In this document: positions 34,272 through 44,015 of the stretch, piece by piece
How the letters are laid out: the number at the start of each line of letters is the position of its first letter
How positions within the stretch are numbered: the first letter of the stretch is position 1
Source of the DNA: Clostridia bacterium
GTDB lineage: Bacteria; Bacillota; Clostridia; Oscillospirales; CAG-272
Length of the DNA stretch: 64,000 nt
Assembly (NCBI GenBank): GCA_017398145.1
Contig: JAFQHD010000108.1
Span: 4,456 to 68,455 of the forward strand
Reading direction: 5' to 3'
The notes under the pieces: generated by a model
Seen by the model: only the letters and a program-made list of their open reading frames with translations
Database searches by the model: none
Told to the model about the DNA's origin: nothing
Position numbers and translations under genes: made by a program

Positions 34272-35162
34272 TTAGATTATATTTAGTTTTTTTAATTCTT
34301 TTCTTAATTTTTCTTTTCCTGAAGGAGTCATTTCAACTAAAGGTAAACGTAAGGTTCTCGCTTTGAAGCCTAACATATTCATTGCGGCTTTGACGGGGAT
34401 TGGATTGACCTCGGAGAAGAGAAGTGAGTTTAATTCGCAAAGCTTCAAATGCATATCCAGTGCGCTGTCATAATCACGGTCAAACCACTTTTGGCATATG
34501 TCGTGTATGTATTTCGGCATTATATTTGAGGTAACCGATATTACTCCCGACCCTCCTACCGCAAGGGTGGAGATAAGATTGTCGTCGTTGCCTGTGTATA
34601 CGGAAAAATCGTCTCCCATCTCGTGACAGAGCCGAGCGAACTTTCCTATAGAACCGCTTGCTTCCTTTACACCTACAAGGTTAGGGTGTTTCGATAAGGC
34701 TCTGTAGACTTCTACGGGAATATCCACGGTGGTTCTGCCCGGAACGTTATAAATTATCATAGGTATATCCACAGAATCCGCGATCTTGAGATAACTTTTT
34801 ATAAGTCCCTCGTTTGTGGTCCTGTTATAATAGGGAGTGACCAAAAGAAGTGCGTCTGCGCCGTTTTCCTTGGCGCATTTTGACATCATGACCGCGTGGG
34901 CGGTGTCGTTGGAGCCTGTTCCGCATATGAGTGGAGCTCTCTTGTCTATGACCTTTGCGGCGTGAGCTATCATACGCTGATGCTCCACGTCGGTAAGCGT
35001 AGGAGCTTCTCCGGTAGTACCGCAGAGGACCAAGGCGTCTATACCCTCAAGTATCTGAAACTCAAGTATACGGGTAAGCTCGCCGTAATCCACCTCGCCC
35101 ATATCGTTGAAGGGTGTAATAACGGCAGTAGCCGCCCCCTTGAAAATAACCTTTTTATTCAT
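34272..35162 (-). CDS. dapA: 4-hydroxy-tetrahydrodipicolinate synthase
   Basis: GTTGE motif, the Schiff-base Lys region (GVKEASG) and a length of 296 aa. Confidence 0.92.
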   Translation of the reverse strand: MNKKVIFKGAATAVITPFNDMGEVDYGELTRILEFQILEGIDALVLCGTTGEAPTLTDVEHQRMIAHAAKVIDKRAPLICGTGSNDTAHAVMMSKCAKENGADALLLVTPYYNRTTNEGLIKSYLKIADSVDIPMIIYNVPGRTTVDIPVEVYRALSKHPNLVGVKEASGSIGKFARLCHEMGDDFSVYTGNDDNLISTLAVGGSGVISVTSNIMPKYIHDICQKWFDRDYDSALDMHLKLCELNSLLFSEVNPIPVKAAMNMLGFKARTLRLPLVEMTPSGKEKLRKELKKLNII

Positions 35163-35191
35163 AATAAAACCTCTTATTTTTGGAGATAAAA

Positions 35192-36241
35192 ATGATCAAA
35201 AATACTTTACCCGAGACCAATCTTACAAAGCAGGATTTTTACTACGACCTGCCTTCTGAGCGTATTGCCCAGACCCCCTTGGCTGTCCGTGATTCCTCCA
35301 AGCTTATGTGCGTTTCTAAGGAAACGGGAGCACTTGAGCACAAGATATTCCGCGATATAATCGACTATCTGGAGGATGGCGATGTGCTTGTTATCAACGA
35401 TTCCAAGGTCATCCCCGCAAGGCTCTACGGAGTGAAGGAGGACAGCGGTATCGATATGGAGGTGCTTTTGCTTCGCTCACGCGGTCTTGACACCTGGGAG
35501 GTGCTCTGCCGTCCCGGAAGAAGGGCAAAGCCGGGTACTGTCATTATATTCGCAAACGGTCTTCTTCGTGCAACCGTAACCGACGTTATCGAGGACGGAA
35601 ACCGTATAGTTAAATTTGAATATGAGGGGGATAACCTATATTCCGTCTTTGACGAGATAGGTCATATGCCCCTGCCTCCATATATAACCGAAAAGTTAGA
35701 GGACAAGGACAGATACCAGACCGTATACGCAAACGAGCGCGGCTCTGCCGCAGCCCCCACCGCAGGTCTGCATTTTACTCCTGAATTACTTGAAAAGATC
35801 AAAGCAAAGGGTGTGCAGATAGCTCCGGTTATGCTCCACGTAGGTCTTGGAACCTTCCGTCCCGTAAAGGAGGATGCATTAGCCGACCACATAATGCACA
35901 GCGAATATATCAGCGTTTCAAAGGAAAGCGCCGATATCATCAATAACCGCAAGGGAAGGCTTATCTGCGTAGGCACCACCTCCTGCCGTACAATAGAGAG
36001 CGTTGCCACCGATGACGGCAAAATACAGCCTATCTCCGGTGACACGGGAATATTCATCTATCCCGGATATAGGTTCAAAGCGGTGGACGCGCTTATCACA
36101 AACTTCCATCTCCCCGAAAGCACATTGCTTATGCTTGTTTCAGCGTTTTCATCAAGAGAAATTATGCTTAACGCTTACGAAGAAGCAATTAAAAACGAAT
36201 ACAGATTCTTCAGCTTCGGAGATGCAATGTTTATACACTGA
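35192..36241 (+). CDS. queA: S-adenosylmethionine:tRNA ribosyltransferase-isomerase
   Basis: ORF 35180..36241. The [14 protein letters not shown]-terminus and GTTS/FHLP motifs are characteristic. GGAG 6 nt before the ATG at 35192. Confidence 0.92.
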   Translation: MIKNTLPETNLTKQDFYYDLPSERIAQTPLAVRDSSKLMCVSKETGALEHKIFRDIIDYLEDGDVLVINDSKVIPARLYGVKEDSGIDMEVLLLRSRGLDTWEVLCRPGRRAKPGTVIIFANGLLRATVTDVIEDGNRIVKFEYEGDNLYSVFDEIGHMPLPPYITEKLEDKDRYQTVYANERGSAAAPTAGLHFTPELLEKIKAKGVQIAPVMLHVGLGTFRPVKEDALADHIMHSEYISVSKESADIINNRKGRLICVGTTSCRTIESVATDDGKIQPISGDTGIFIYPGYRFKAVDALITNFHLPESTLLMLVSAFSSREIMLNAYEEAIKNEYRFFSFGDAMFIH

Positions 36242-36276
36242 AAAGACTCCTCAGGCAACCGCCTGAGGAGTCTTTT
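36241..36276. terminator. Bidirectional 16-bp terminator
   Basis: AAAAGACTCCTCAGGC-aacc-GCCTGAGGAGTCTTTT. Confidence 0.9.
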
Positions 36277-36287
36277 GTTCGCTTGTT

Positions 36288-39200
36288 TTATTCTACCGTG
36301 AAATTAACACGGTCGTATGTTCCGTCAATATATCTTACGTAGAGCGTATATTCACCTGCAGGGAGAGCTGCGCCATAGGTGTAGATGTTGCTGTCACCTA
36401 ACTTTGCGCTCGTCATACCGTAGTAGAGGTTGTTCTTGACCTCTCTGTAGGTGGAGTGTATTCCCTTGCCTATGTAGAGATCCTTGATATTTTCAAGGTC
36501 GCAGATATACGTACGTTTACCGTCGGATACGATTGAAGGAGTATCTGCAAGGGTTACCTTCACGCTTGCCTTTCTGAAGCTGCCGTTGTAGCTGCCGATA
36601 GTCAGAGCCGCAAACTCAGCGCCTGTTCCTTCGTAAGTGATGTCGGTAATATTACAGCCGTCAAAGGTTCCCTGTGCTATCTCAGTTACGTCCTTTGTTA
36701 TCTTAACGCTTGTGACGTTGGTTCCTCTGAACGCCTTTGCGGCGTTGTCGGTAGCAAGAGTTACCTCGCCCGTGAGGTTTGTACAGCCGTCAAACGCCTG
36801 TGTCAGATCCTCGATGCCGATAAGCTCGGGAGCGGAGGTAAGAGCAGTACACTTATAGAAGGCACCCTTAAGTATCTTAACACTTTCGGGAAGCTCGGGA
36901 GTCTCTGTAAGAGAACTGCATCCCCAGAATGCGTAGGTCATATTCTCTACTCCTTCGGGTATCGCGGGAGCAGATGTGAGAGCCGTACAATTCTTAAAGG
37001 TATTGTAAAGCACCTTTACACCCTCGGGAATTGCGAGAGCCTCGGTCATATTGGTACAGCCTGCAAAGGTCTTATAGAGCTGTGTTACGGGAAGTCCGTT
37101 GACCTCTGCTTCTATTGCACCGTAGGAGCTCAGAGTCTTGTCGTTTACTACTGCGTTCCAACCCTCGGGTGCGCCTGTTGCGTGATTGCTGTAATAGGTG
37201 TAGGTGTAATCACCGATAACCACCTGCTGACCGTCGGTGGGCTGAGCCGCACCGCAGGCACATACGCCGTCAATATAGATATGTCCGGTCACAGGCTCCT
37301 TTTCGGTATTGGAATACTCGTATACGTAATTTTCTTCACAACAGCCGTTTATGATATTACGGTATACGATATCGCCCTCTGCGTTGAGAGTGGGATATTC
37401 GTCTGTACCTATAGTCTGCGTCCAAACGGTAGGGATCACGGTTCCTATATATTCCCAGGTCTCCTCGTCGTAAACGTCCTCCTCGGGCTGAGCCGACTGG
37501 AGTAACCAGGTTATTTCACCGCTTGCTAACTGCTCTGCAGTTCTGCCGCCTTTGTCGTTGGCTTCAATCGCAAGATAATAGCTGTTGGTAAAGTCTTGTG
37601 CTATCTGGTTCTTCGTCGAGAAGTAGCCTGACTCAACGATACCGAGATTAAGACAGTTGGCTACGGGGTTGCCGTCACTGTTTCCTGCAATACCGCCCGT
37701 GTTGATAGTACCTGTAATATGTCCGGTATTGATACAGTTTACGATCTCACCGCTGTACATATTGCCGACGATACCGCCGGTGGAGCTGCCGGAATGATAG
37801 AAGCTTACGTCACCTGTATTGCTTGACTTGTAGATACCGCCGCCTATAAGGTAACCCACGAGACCGCCCATATCTCCCGATCCCACTACGGTCAGATCCG
37901 AGTGACAGTTGGTGATCACACTTTCGGCATTGGCAATAAGCGAGCCGACTTCACCGTCTGCTCTTAAATAACCGTTGGTGAGCTTGATGTTGGAAATGGG
38001 GTAATTATACATTGTGTTACCGAAAAGACCTGCCATATCCGCCTCGGGATCGTTCATATAAAGACCGCTTACCGTATGGTTGCGACCGTCAAAGGAACCG
38101 GTATAATAAGCATAGCCTTTACCGATGGGAGTCCAACTGCGAAGCTCGACTGCAGTGTCCTCTGCAGAGTAGCTTCCGTCCTGAGCAAATGTATAGCCGG
38201 GGTTAAGGTCGATGTCGGCTGTAAGCACTGCGTCACCGGTCACGGTGTTCCAGGTGTTAACGCTTCTTGCAAACCAGAAGAGATGTCCCGCCTTGGAAAT
38301 TTCGTAACGGTAGTTTTCTTCATCGAGATAAGCAGGCTCGTAGCCGCCGCATATTACGCAGAAGCCTTCTGCATCAAAGCTGTGGGCTTCGGTAGTGCTG
38401 TCGCACGCACCGCATACGCATACAAGCCAATGCTCGGTGTCGTTAAAATCATATTCAGCAAAATCGTGAGGCTCGGTGATTATCTCGCTGTCACAGCATA
38501 CGTGATATAAAGTATGAGTTCCCGTTTCCTCGTCGTAGAGGTAATAGGTCTCCTCGCTTGTATGGTTGTTCATATCGTAATCACCGAAGGAGTTGCCGCA
38601 GGTGGTACAATATTGTCTGTTCTGACAATCTGCCTCGTGTCCTGAGCAGGGCTGAGTTTCGGTGACGTTATACATCTCACATACCTCGCGTGTACAAACG
38701 TATCTGATATGATAAGCTTCACCCTCTACCGCCGTCCACTCAGAGGGAACGTGATAGCTGTCCTCTTCACTTAAAAGAGGAGTGTTGGAGTAATACATAT
38801 TCGTATTACCGCAGTCGTAGCCTGCGTAAACGGTTGCACCGCCAAGCACGGGGTAAGGATCGGTTCCGATGCTCTGTCCCCAGCTTTCGCCCAGAAGGTA
38901 AGCAACCTCTCCCGACTCAAACTGTTCAGAGGTCTTTGCACCGTTATCGTTTTCGGTATCTGCAAGATAATAGCTGCCCTCGGGACATATGCCGCTTGTG
39001 ATACCGCCGATCTCGCCGCTGTCGGTTACGGCGTTTGCCATACTGAAGCAGTTGTTTATCGAAGCCGAGCTGTCATTCATATTGGTACGCGCACCGACGA
39101 TACCGCCGACACCGCTGACGCCGCTGACATCGGTATTAATAACGAAGCAGTTTGTGATCTCGGATGCAGAGATACCTGCAATACCGCCTACCGAGTTTTC

Positions 39201-41948
39201 ACCGTTGATATAGGAATTGATTATACCGAGGTCTTTTATGATACCGCCCTCGCCCAGTACTCCGATAAAGCCGGTATAATATTCGTCGCGGTCAATATAG
39301 AGACCGGATACGGTGTGGCCGTTACCGTCAAAGGTACCGCCGTATCTGAAATTGTAAAAGTCATAGCCGATGGGAGTCCACTCTTCAAAGGTAACTCCCT
39401 CGGTATCAAAGGGTATGTCGTTTATAACGATATCAGCCATAAGTCTGCCGTTGACTCTTGCAACGCCGTCGTCGTAAACGTAACGGTTTATAAAGTCGGC
39501 AAACCAGTAGAGCTGACCCTTGTTGTATATCTCGTAATATCCGTCTTCTGCTAAGTGTGCAGGCTGTAAGCCGCATATCTCGCAGTAGCCGTCTTCGCTG
39601 TAGTGTTCCTCGGTGTTATACGCTTTTTCGTTGGTGTAGCCTATAGCTTCACCTGTTGAACAGAGCTTACCGTAATATACGGTATCTCCTTCAAATACGG
39701 GATATGCATCCTCACCTAAGGTCTGCTTCCAGCTTCCGTTATGGCTTTCACCGTTAAGGATCCAGGTCATCTCACCCGAAGTAAACTGCTCTGCAGTTCT
39801 GCCGCCTTCCGCCGTTTCGGTATCCGAGAGGTAGTAGCAGTTATCGACCGTAGGACTGTTATATCTGTAAGCTGCTATCTGCGCAACGTTATGATATCCT
39901 TCAACACTTCCGATGTTATAGCAGTTTTGCACGCCGGACTTGTTGTGATAACCTACGATGCCGCCTGCATCTGATTCATAATTCGCGGTCGTTCCCACAA
40001 CACTGCCGCTGTTATAGCAATCAGCGATCTCAGTACGGTAGTTGCTGCCTGCAATACCGCCTAAGTGGTACCATCCGGTCACCAGCCCCGTGTTATAGCA
40101 GCGGTATATCTTTGCTGTTGCCTGATAACCCGTGATACCGCCCGCACCTCCGCCTATGCCGGAGACAACGGTTGAGTTGCTGTGACAGTTATATACGGTG
40201 CTTGAGCTCTGTCCCGCTATAGCTCCTACGCTTTGGTTACCGCAAAAGTAAGAATCGGTAACGCCGAGATTGCGGATAACGCTTCCCGAGTGGGTATATT
40301 TGAACAGACCTATCTTATTATGGTTTGGATCATTATAGTATAATCCCTTGATATCATAGCCCCGTCCGTCAAAGATGCCTCTGAACTCATCAATGGGTGT
40401 CCATTCAAAGAGATTCGAGCCGTCTCCGATAAGCTCGCCGTTTTCATCTATTACCTTGCTGTTTACGGTAACGTCGTTGGTGAGAACGGCGTTTGCCCTT
40501 GGATTTTTCAATTCGTTGGGGAGAGTACCGTTTACGAGTGCCGCAAACCAATAGAGCTGACCTTCGTCACTTATCTCATATACGGAATCCTTTGCTCCGT
40601 CGTCGTTGACGTCGTATTTATCGGTAGTCAGCTCAGCGGGCCAAAATGTGATACCGTAATCGCCTATCTCGGTACCGATAAGATCGCTTGTGTTTCCTTT
40701 GATAAGACCGTAGTTTATGATCCTTCCGTTGTTGACGATATTGCCTTGAACGTCAAGGGTAACACCCTCTTCGATAAAGAGAATCTGATCTGCACCTATT
40801 GTCAGGGTATTGTCCTTGTTGACCGTCAGATCCTCGTAAAGGAAATATTTGTCCCGGTAAAGCGCGCCGTTCCCGTTCTGAAATACTATACCTCCGGTGA
40901 TAGAGGTCGTTACCGCAGAGCCATTTCCACTCTTGCCGATAGGTTCAGCGTCGGCTCCCGAGGTTGCAACAACGATTCCGCCCGTAATATTAACGTTACC
41001 CGGCGCCGTGTCTGATTTGGCAGGGCCGCTGCCGATAGCTGCACTGGCCCATAACGATGTAGCGCCCGACGCATTTACCCTGCCGCCGGATATGGTTATA
41101 TTACCGCAGGAACCCATGTAACCTCCGCCTATTGCGGCTCCCGCCCAACTAAACGTAGCCGTAGCAGTTACGTTGCCTCCGGTTACGGTTATGGTTCCGC
41201 CGGATCCTTCCTTACCGCCGCCGATGCCTGCGCCTGAGCCGTCGGACCGTGCAGTTATATTACCGCCGTTTATGGTGATGCTCTCACCGTTGCCCCCGTC
41301 GCCTCCGCCGCCGATAGCAGAGCCGTATAAAGAAATCGTTGCAACGACCGTACCGCCGTTTATGGTTATGGTACCGCTGTTGCCTCGCCAGCCTCCGCCG
41401 ATAGCAGCAGCGTGACTATTACCGTTAGATGTAACGGTACCTCCGTTTATGGTAATGGTTCCGCCGTTGCCGTCTTTACCACCGCCGATGCCTGCACCTG
41501 TACTGCTGGCCTGTACGGTTATGTTGCCACCGTTTATTGTGATGACCCCCGCACCGTTTTGGTTGTTGCCGCCGATAGCCGCCTGGTCATCGCCGGCACC
41601 GGCAACGATCTTTCCTTGCTTACTCGGATCTGCCGAAACGGCATAGATCGTAAGGCTGTTTCCCGAGTTTACTGCAATACCTGCGTTCGCCGTAAGAACG
41701 GCGTTATCTGCAAGGATGATATTACAGCTGCCGCTTACCGATATACGGGTGTCTGTAGTGAGGCTTCCCCTCACCAGCCACCACCCCTCGGAAAGGGTAG
41801 CTTCGCCTGCATAGACCTTATAGTCGGTGCAGGTCTGCTGATTTCCGTCTGCATCGATATACGTAATACCGTCTGCCGCAAAAGCGTAAAAGGGTATCAT
41901 ACCGATGAGCATTACTGCCGCAAGTAAAATACTGATAAGCTTTTTCAT
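36288..41948 (-). CDS. Giant secreted surface protein (1886 aa): beta-solenoid repeats, GLUG-motif modules, Cys-cluster linkers, C-terminal BspA-type LRRs
   Basis: Signal peptide MKKLISILLAAVMLIGMIPFYAFA. About 29-aa Gly-rich repeats (ITINGGxxT...GGG). Four modules with (Q)LYWFAxxVN followed by repeated GGIAG/GGIVG (GLUG-like). C-terminal LRR_5-like repeats (FxxCTxLTSAPxIPEGV). No LPXTG or SLH anchor seen. Confidence 0.85.
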   Translation of the reverse strand: MKKLISILLAAVMLIGMIPFYAFAADGITYIDADGNQQTCTDYKVYAGEATLSEGWWLVRGSLTTDTRISVSGSCNIILADNAVLTANAGIAVNSGNSLTIYAVSADPSKQGKIVAGAGDDQAAIGGNNQNGAGVITINGGNITVQASSTGAGIGGGKDGNGGTITINGGTVTSNGNSHAAAIGGGWRGNSGTITINGGTVVATISLYGSAIGGGGDGGNGESITINGGNITARSDGSGAGIGGGKEGSGGTITVTGGNVTATATFSWAGAAIGGGYMGSCGNITISGGRVNASGATSLWASAAIGSGPAKSDTAPGNVNITGGIVVATSGADAEPIGKSGNGSAVTTSITGGIVFQNGNGALYRDKYFLYEDLTVNKDNTLTIGADQILFIEEGVTLDVQGNIVNNGRIINYGLIKGNTSDLIGTEIGDYGITFWPAELTTDKYDVNDDGAKDSVYEISDEGQLYWFAALVNGTLPNELKNPRANAVLTNDVTVNSKVIDENGELIGDGSNLFEWTPIDEFRGIFDGRGYDIKGLYYNDPNHNKIGLFKYTHSGSVIRNLGVTDSYFCGNQSVGAIAGQSSSTVYNCHSNSTVVSGIGGGAGGITGYQATAKIYRCYNTGLVTGWYHLGGIAGSNYRTEIADCYNSGSVVGTTANYESDAGGIVGYHNKSGVQNCYNIGSVEGYHNVAQIAAYRYNSPTVDNCYYLSDTETAEGGRTAEQFTSGEMTWILNGESHNGSWKQTLGEDAYPVFEGDTVYYGKLCSTGEAIGYTNEKAYNTEEHYSEDGYCEICGLQPAHLAEDGYYEIYNKGQLYWFADFINRYVYDDGVARVNGRLMADIVINDIPFDTEGVTFEEWTPIGYDFYNFRYGGTFDGNGHTVSGLYIDRDEYYTGFIGVLGEGGIIKDLGIINSYINGENSVGGIAGISASEITNCFVINTDVSGVSGVGGIVGARTNMNDSSASINNCFSMANAVTDSGEIGGITSGICPEGSYYLADTENDNGAKTSEQFESGEVAYLLGESWGQSIGTDPYPVLGGATVYAGYDCGNTNMYYSNTPLLSEEDSYHVPSEWTAVEGEAYHIRYVCTREVCEMYNVTETQPCSGHEADCQNRQYCTTCGNSFGDYDMNNHTSEETYYLYDEETGTHTLYHVCCDSEIITEPHDFAEYDFNDTEHWLVCVCGACDSTTEAHSFDAEGFCVICGGYEPAYLDEENYRYEISKAGHLFWFARSVNTWNTVTGDAVLTADIDLNPGYTFAQDGSYSAEDTAVELRSWTPIGKGYAYYTGSFDGRNHTVSGLYMNDPEADMAGLFGNTMYNYPISNIKLTNGYLRADGEVGSLIANAESVITNCHSDLTVVGSGDMGGLVGYLIGGGIYKSSNTGDVSFYHSGSSTGGIVGNMYSGEIVNCINTGHITGTINTGGIAGNSDGNPVANCLNLGIVESGYFSTKNQIAQDFTNSYYLAIEANDKGGRTAEQLASGEITWLLQSAQPEEDVYDEETWEYIGTVIPTVWTQTIGTDEYPTLNAEGDIVYRNIINGCCEENYVYEYSNTEKEPVTGHIYIDGVCACGAAQPTDGQQVVIGDYTYTYYSNHATGAPEGWNAVVNDKTLSSYGAIEAEVNGLPVTQLYKTFAGCTNMTEALAIPEGVKVLYNTFKNCTALTSAPAIPEGVENMTYAFWGCSSLTETPELPESVKILKGAFYKCTALTSAPELIGIEDLTQAFDGCTNLTGEVTLATDNAAKAFRGTNVTSVKITKDVTEIAQGTFDGCNITDITYEGTGAEFAALTIGSYNGSFRKASVKVTLADTPSIVSDGKRTYICDLENIKDLYIGKGIHSTYREVKNNLYYGMTSAKLGDSNIYTYGAALPAGEYTLYVRYIDGTYDRVNFTVE

Positions 41949-41975
41949 ATATTTTTCCTCCTGAGAGTTTGTTTT

Positions 41976-42644
41976 TTAGGTTTGTGACTCGAGATATGCA
42001 AGCATATTTGAAATGACGTTTTGTGCTATAGTCGGATAATCGAACTTTGATACGAACTCTATTGCTTCGCTTATCTTTTCGTCCGGAACACGGTAGACCA
42101 AAAACGTGGTCTCAAGGAAACGTGCTACCTTTCTCTCCATTGTGAAATACATATCGCAGGGTACCGTCATAAAGTTACGCATAATTCCTGCCGATGCTAT
42201 TTCGTATTCGTAGAAATCCTTTGTTTCAAGGTCGGGAAGATGCTCCTTAAAAATATTTTCGAGCTTATGCGTGATCGCGTGATATATTATCGAAGAGGTT
42301 TTAGGCAAGGAATAGGACACCGAATACATCTCTCTGATATGCTCACTTGACTCTGCCATATAAAGCTGCAGAGTAGTCTCTGCCGCATAAAACAGTATCT
42401 TGTCGTCCGTAATGCCGCAAAGCATTTGTTCGATGGATTTGAACTGTCCCTCAAGCACGTAGGCAACAAGCTCACAGAGTATGTCCTCCTTTGAGCCGCA
42501 GGCTCGTATCATTGCACTTAAGTTGATACCTGCCTCGTCGGCAATATCCCTTACCGTGGATTCGGTATAGCCCTTTGCCAAAAAGAGCTTTGCCGCCGCG
42601 TTCAGACATTTGCTTTTATTGGCTTGTGTTTTACTTGTTGCCAT
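41976..42644 (-). CDS. TetR-family transcriptional regulator
   Basis: ORF 41976..42734; the ATG at 42644 follows GGAAGAGAG. TetR HTH (CLNAAAKLFLAKGYTESTVRDIADEAGINLSAM). It ends 27 nt before the giant-protein start. Confidence 0.8.
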   Translation of the reverse strand: MATSKTQANKSKCLNAAAKLFLAKGYTESTVRDIADEAGINLSAMIRACGSKEDILCELVAYVLEGQFKSIEQMLCGITDDKILFYAAETTLQLYMAESSEHIREMYSVSYSLPKTSSIIYHAITHKLENIFKEHLPDLETKDFYEYEIASAGIMRNFMTVPCDMYFTMERKVARFLETTFLVYRVPDEKISEAIEFVSKFDYPTIAQNVISNMLAYLESQT

Positions 42645-42668
42645 ATATTTACTCTCTTCCCAAATAAC

Positions 42669-42692
42669 AACGCGTTCCGAAACGCGTTTCGG
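42669..42692. promoter_or_regulatory. Perfect palindromes upstream of the TetR gene, a likely operator
   Basis: AACGCGTT (42669-42676) and CCGAAACGCGTTTCGG (42677-42692, 16-bp perfect palindrome). Confidence 0.6.
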
Positions 42693-42821
42693 TTTGTGTA
42701 TTGGAATTATAACACAGGACTCCGAGTTTGTCAATATTCGGTTTACATTTTGTTTAAAAATCAGCGAAAATTATCTTTGGTTTTCTTGTGAGAACGAAAA
42801 AGATCATATACAATTTCCGTT

Positions 42822-42850
42822 TTGACAAACGGGTGTAAATATGATATAAT
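42822..42850 (+). promoter_or_regulatory. Consensus promoter TTGACA-17-TATAAT upstream of the miaA leader
   Basis: TTGACA at 42822-42827 and TATAAT at 42845-42850. Confidence 0.75.
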
Positions 42851-42856
42851 TAAAAA

Positions 42857-43055
42857 CGTATGAAAGGAAGCTGATACAGTATGTCAGATAAAATAAAAAA
42901 ATCCCCCAAAAGCTGACGCTTTCGGGGGAACCCCCGATTAGACCCGTACGCTCGCGCCGCACTCACCGTGCGCGGGTCTGCAAGGTGTAAAAACCGTGGC
43001 ACATGTCCCCGGTTTTTACGGATTTTAATTGTATCGTTTACTGAAGGTGTTGAAT
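42857..43055 (+). promoter_or_regulatory. Structured about 200-nt miaA leader with an 11-codon uORF that duplicates the miaA start
   Basis: uORF 42881-42916 (MSDKIKKSPKS). Mutually exclusive pairings TCCCCC 42902-07 / GGGGGA 42924-29 versus TCGGGGG 42922-28 / CCCCCGA 42931-37. Long hairpin 42940-42979. Terminator-like GTAAAAACCG 42987-96 / CGGTTTTTAC 43010-19. Confidence 0.5.
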
Positions 43056-43970
43056 ATGTCGGATAAAATAAAAATAGCCGCCGTTGTAGGGCCTACCGCA
43101 GGAGGAAAGACCTCTCTTGCCGTAGAGCTTGCAAAAAGAGCAAACGGTGAGATAATCTGCTGCGATTCAATGCAGATATACGAACAAATGAAGATAGGCT
43201 CGGCTGCGCCTACCGAAGAGGAAAAGCAGGGAATACCACATCATCTTTTTGATTTCGTTCCCGTGGACGTGAACTTTTCCGCTGCCGAATATGTTCCTCT
43301 TGCAAGAAAGGCTATAGAGAATATTGCGGGCAGAGGTAAGCTTCCCATACTCTGCGGAGGTACGGGACTTTATCTTGAGAGCCTTATGTACCAGAGCGAT
43401 TACAGCCCTTCGGTAGATCCTTCTATAAGAGTTGAATTACAGACTAAGGACGATGATACTCTCTATAATATGCTTTCAGAGTATGATCCCGAATCTGCAA
43501 ATACTATACACAAAAATAACCGTAAGAGAGTCATCCGCGCTCTTGAAATATATTTAGGTACGGGAAAGACCAAGACCGAGTGGGACGCTCTTTCGAGAAC
43601 TAAGGAAAGCATCTACGATGCTCGTGTTTTTGTCCTCTCATACCGTGACCGCGAGACACTCTACGAGCGCATCAACCGCCGTGTGGATATTATGTTTGAT
43701 ATGGGTCTTGTGGATGAGGTGAAGTCTATAGATTTTCCCGAAGGCTCGACTGCGGGAGATGCCATAGGCTATAAGGAATTAAGAGAATATTTCAAGGGTA
43801 ATATCACTCTTGAAGAAGCAAAAGAAAACATAAAGCAGGCGACCCGCCGATATGCCAAGCGGCAGATAACTTGGTTCAAGAGAGAAAAAAGCGCGGTATC
43901 TCTCTATGCCGACGATCATAACAGCCTTGACGATATTGTAAACATTGTATTAAACCACTTAACAAAATAG
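43056..43970 (+). CDS. miaA: tRNA dimethylallyltransferase
   Basis: ORF 43029..43970. P-loop GPTAGGKT and the motif DSMQIY. GAAGG 8 nt before the ATG at 43056. Confidence 0.92.
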   Translation: MSDKIKIAAVVGPTAGGKTSLAVELAKRANGEIICCDSMQIYEQMKIGSAAPTEEEKQGIPHHLFDFVPVDVNFSAAEYVPLARKAIENIAGRGKLPILCGGTGLYLESLMYQSDYSPSVDPSIRVELQTKDDDTLYNMLSEYDPESANTIHKNNRKRVIRALEIYLGTGKTKTEWDALSRTKESIYDARVFVLSYRDRETLYERINRRVDIMFDMGLVDEVKSIDFPEGSTAGDAIGYKELREYFKGNITLEEAKENIKQATRRYAKRQITWFKREKSAVSLYADDHNSLDDIVNIVLNHLTK

Positions 43971-44015
43971 TATTTTTGTGATATAATTATTTAATTAACA
44001 GAAGGGAGAAAGCGT

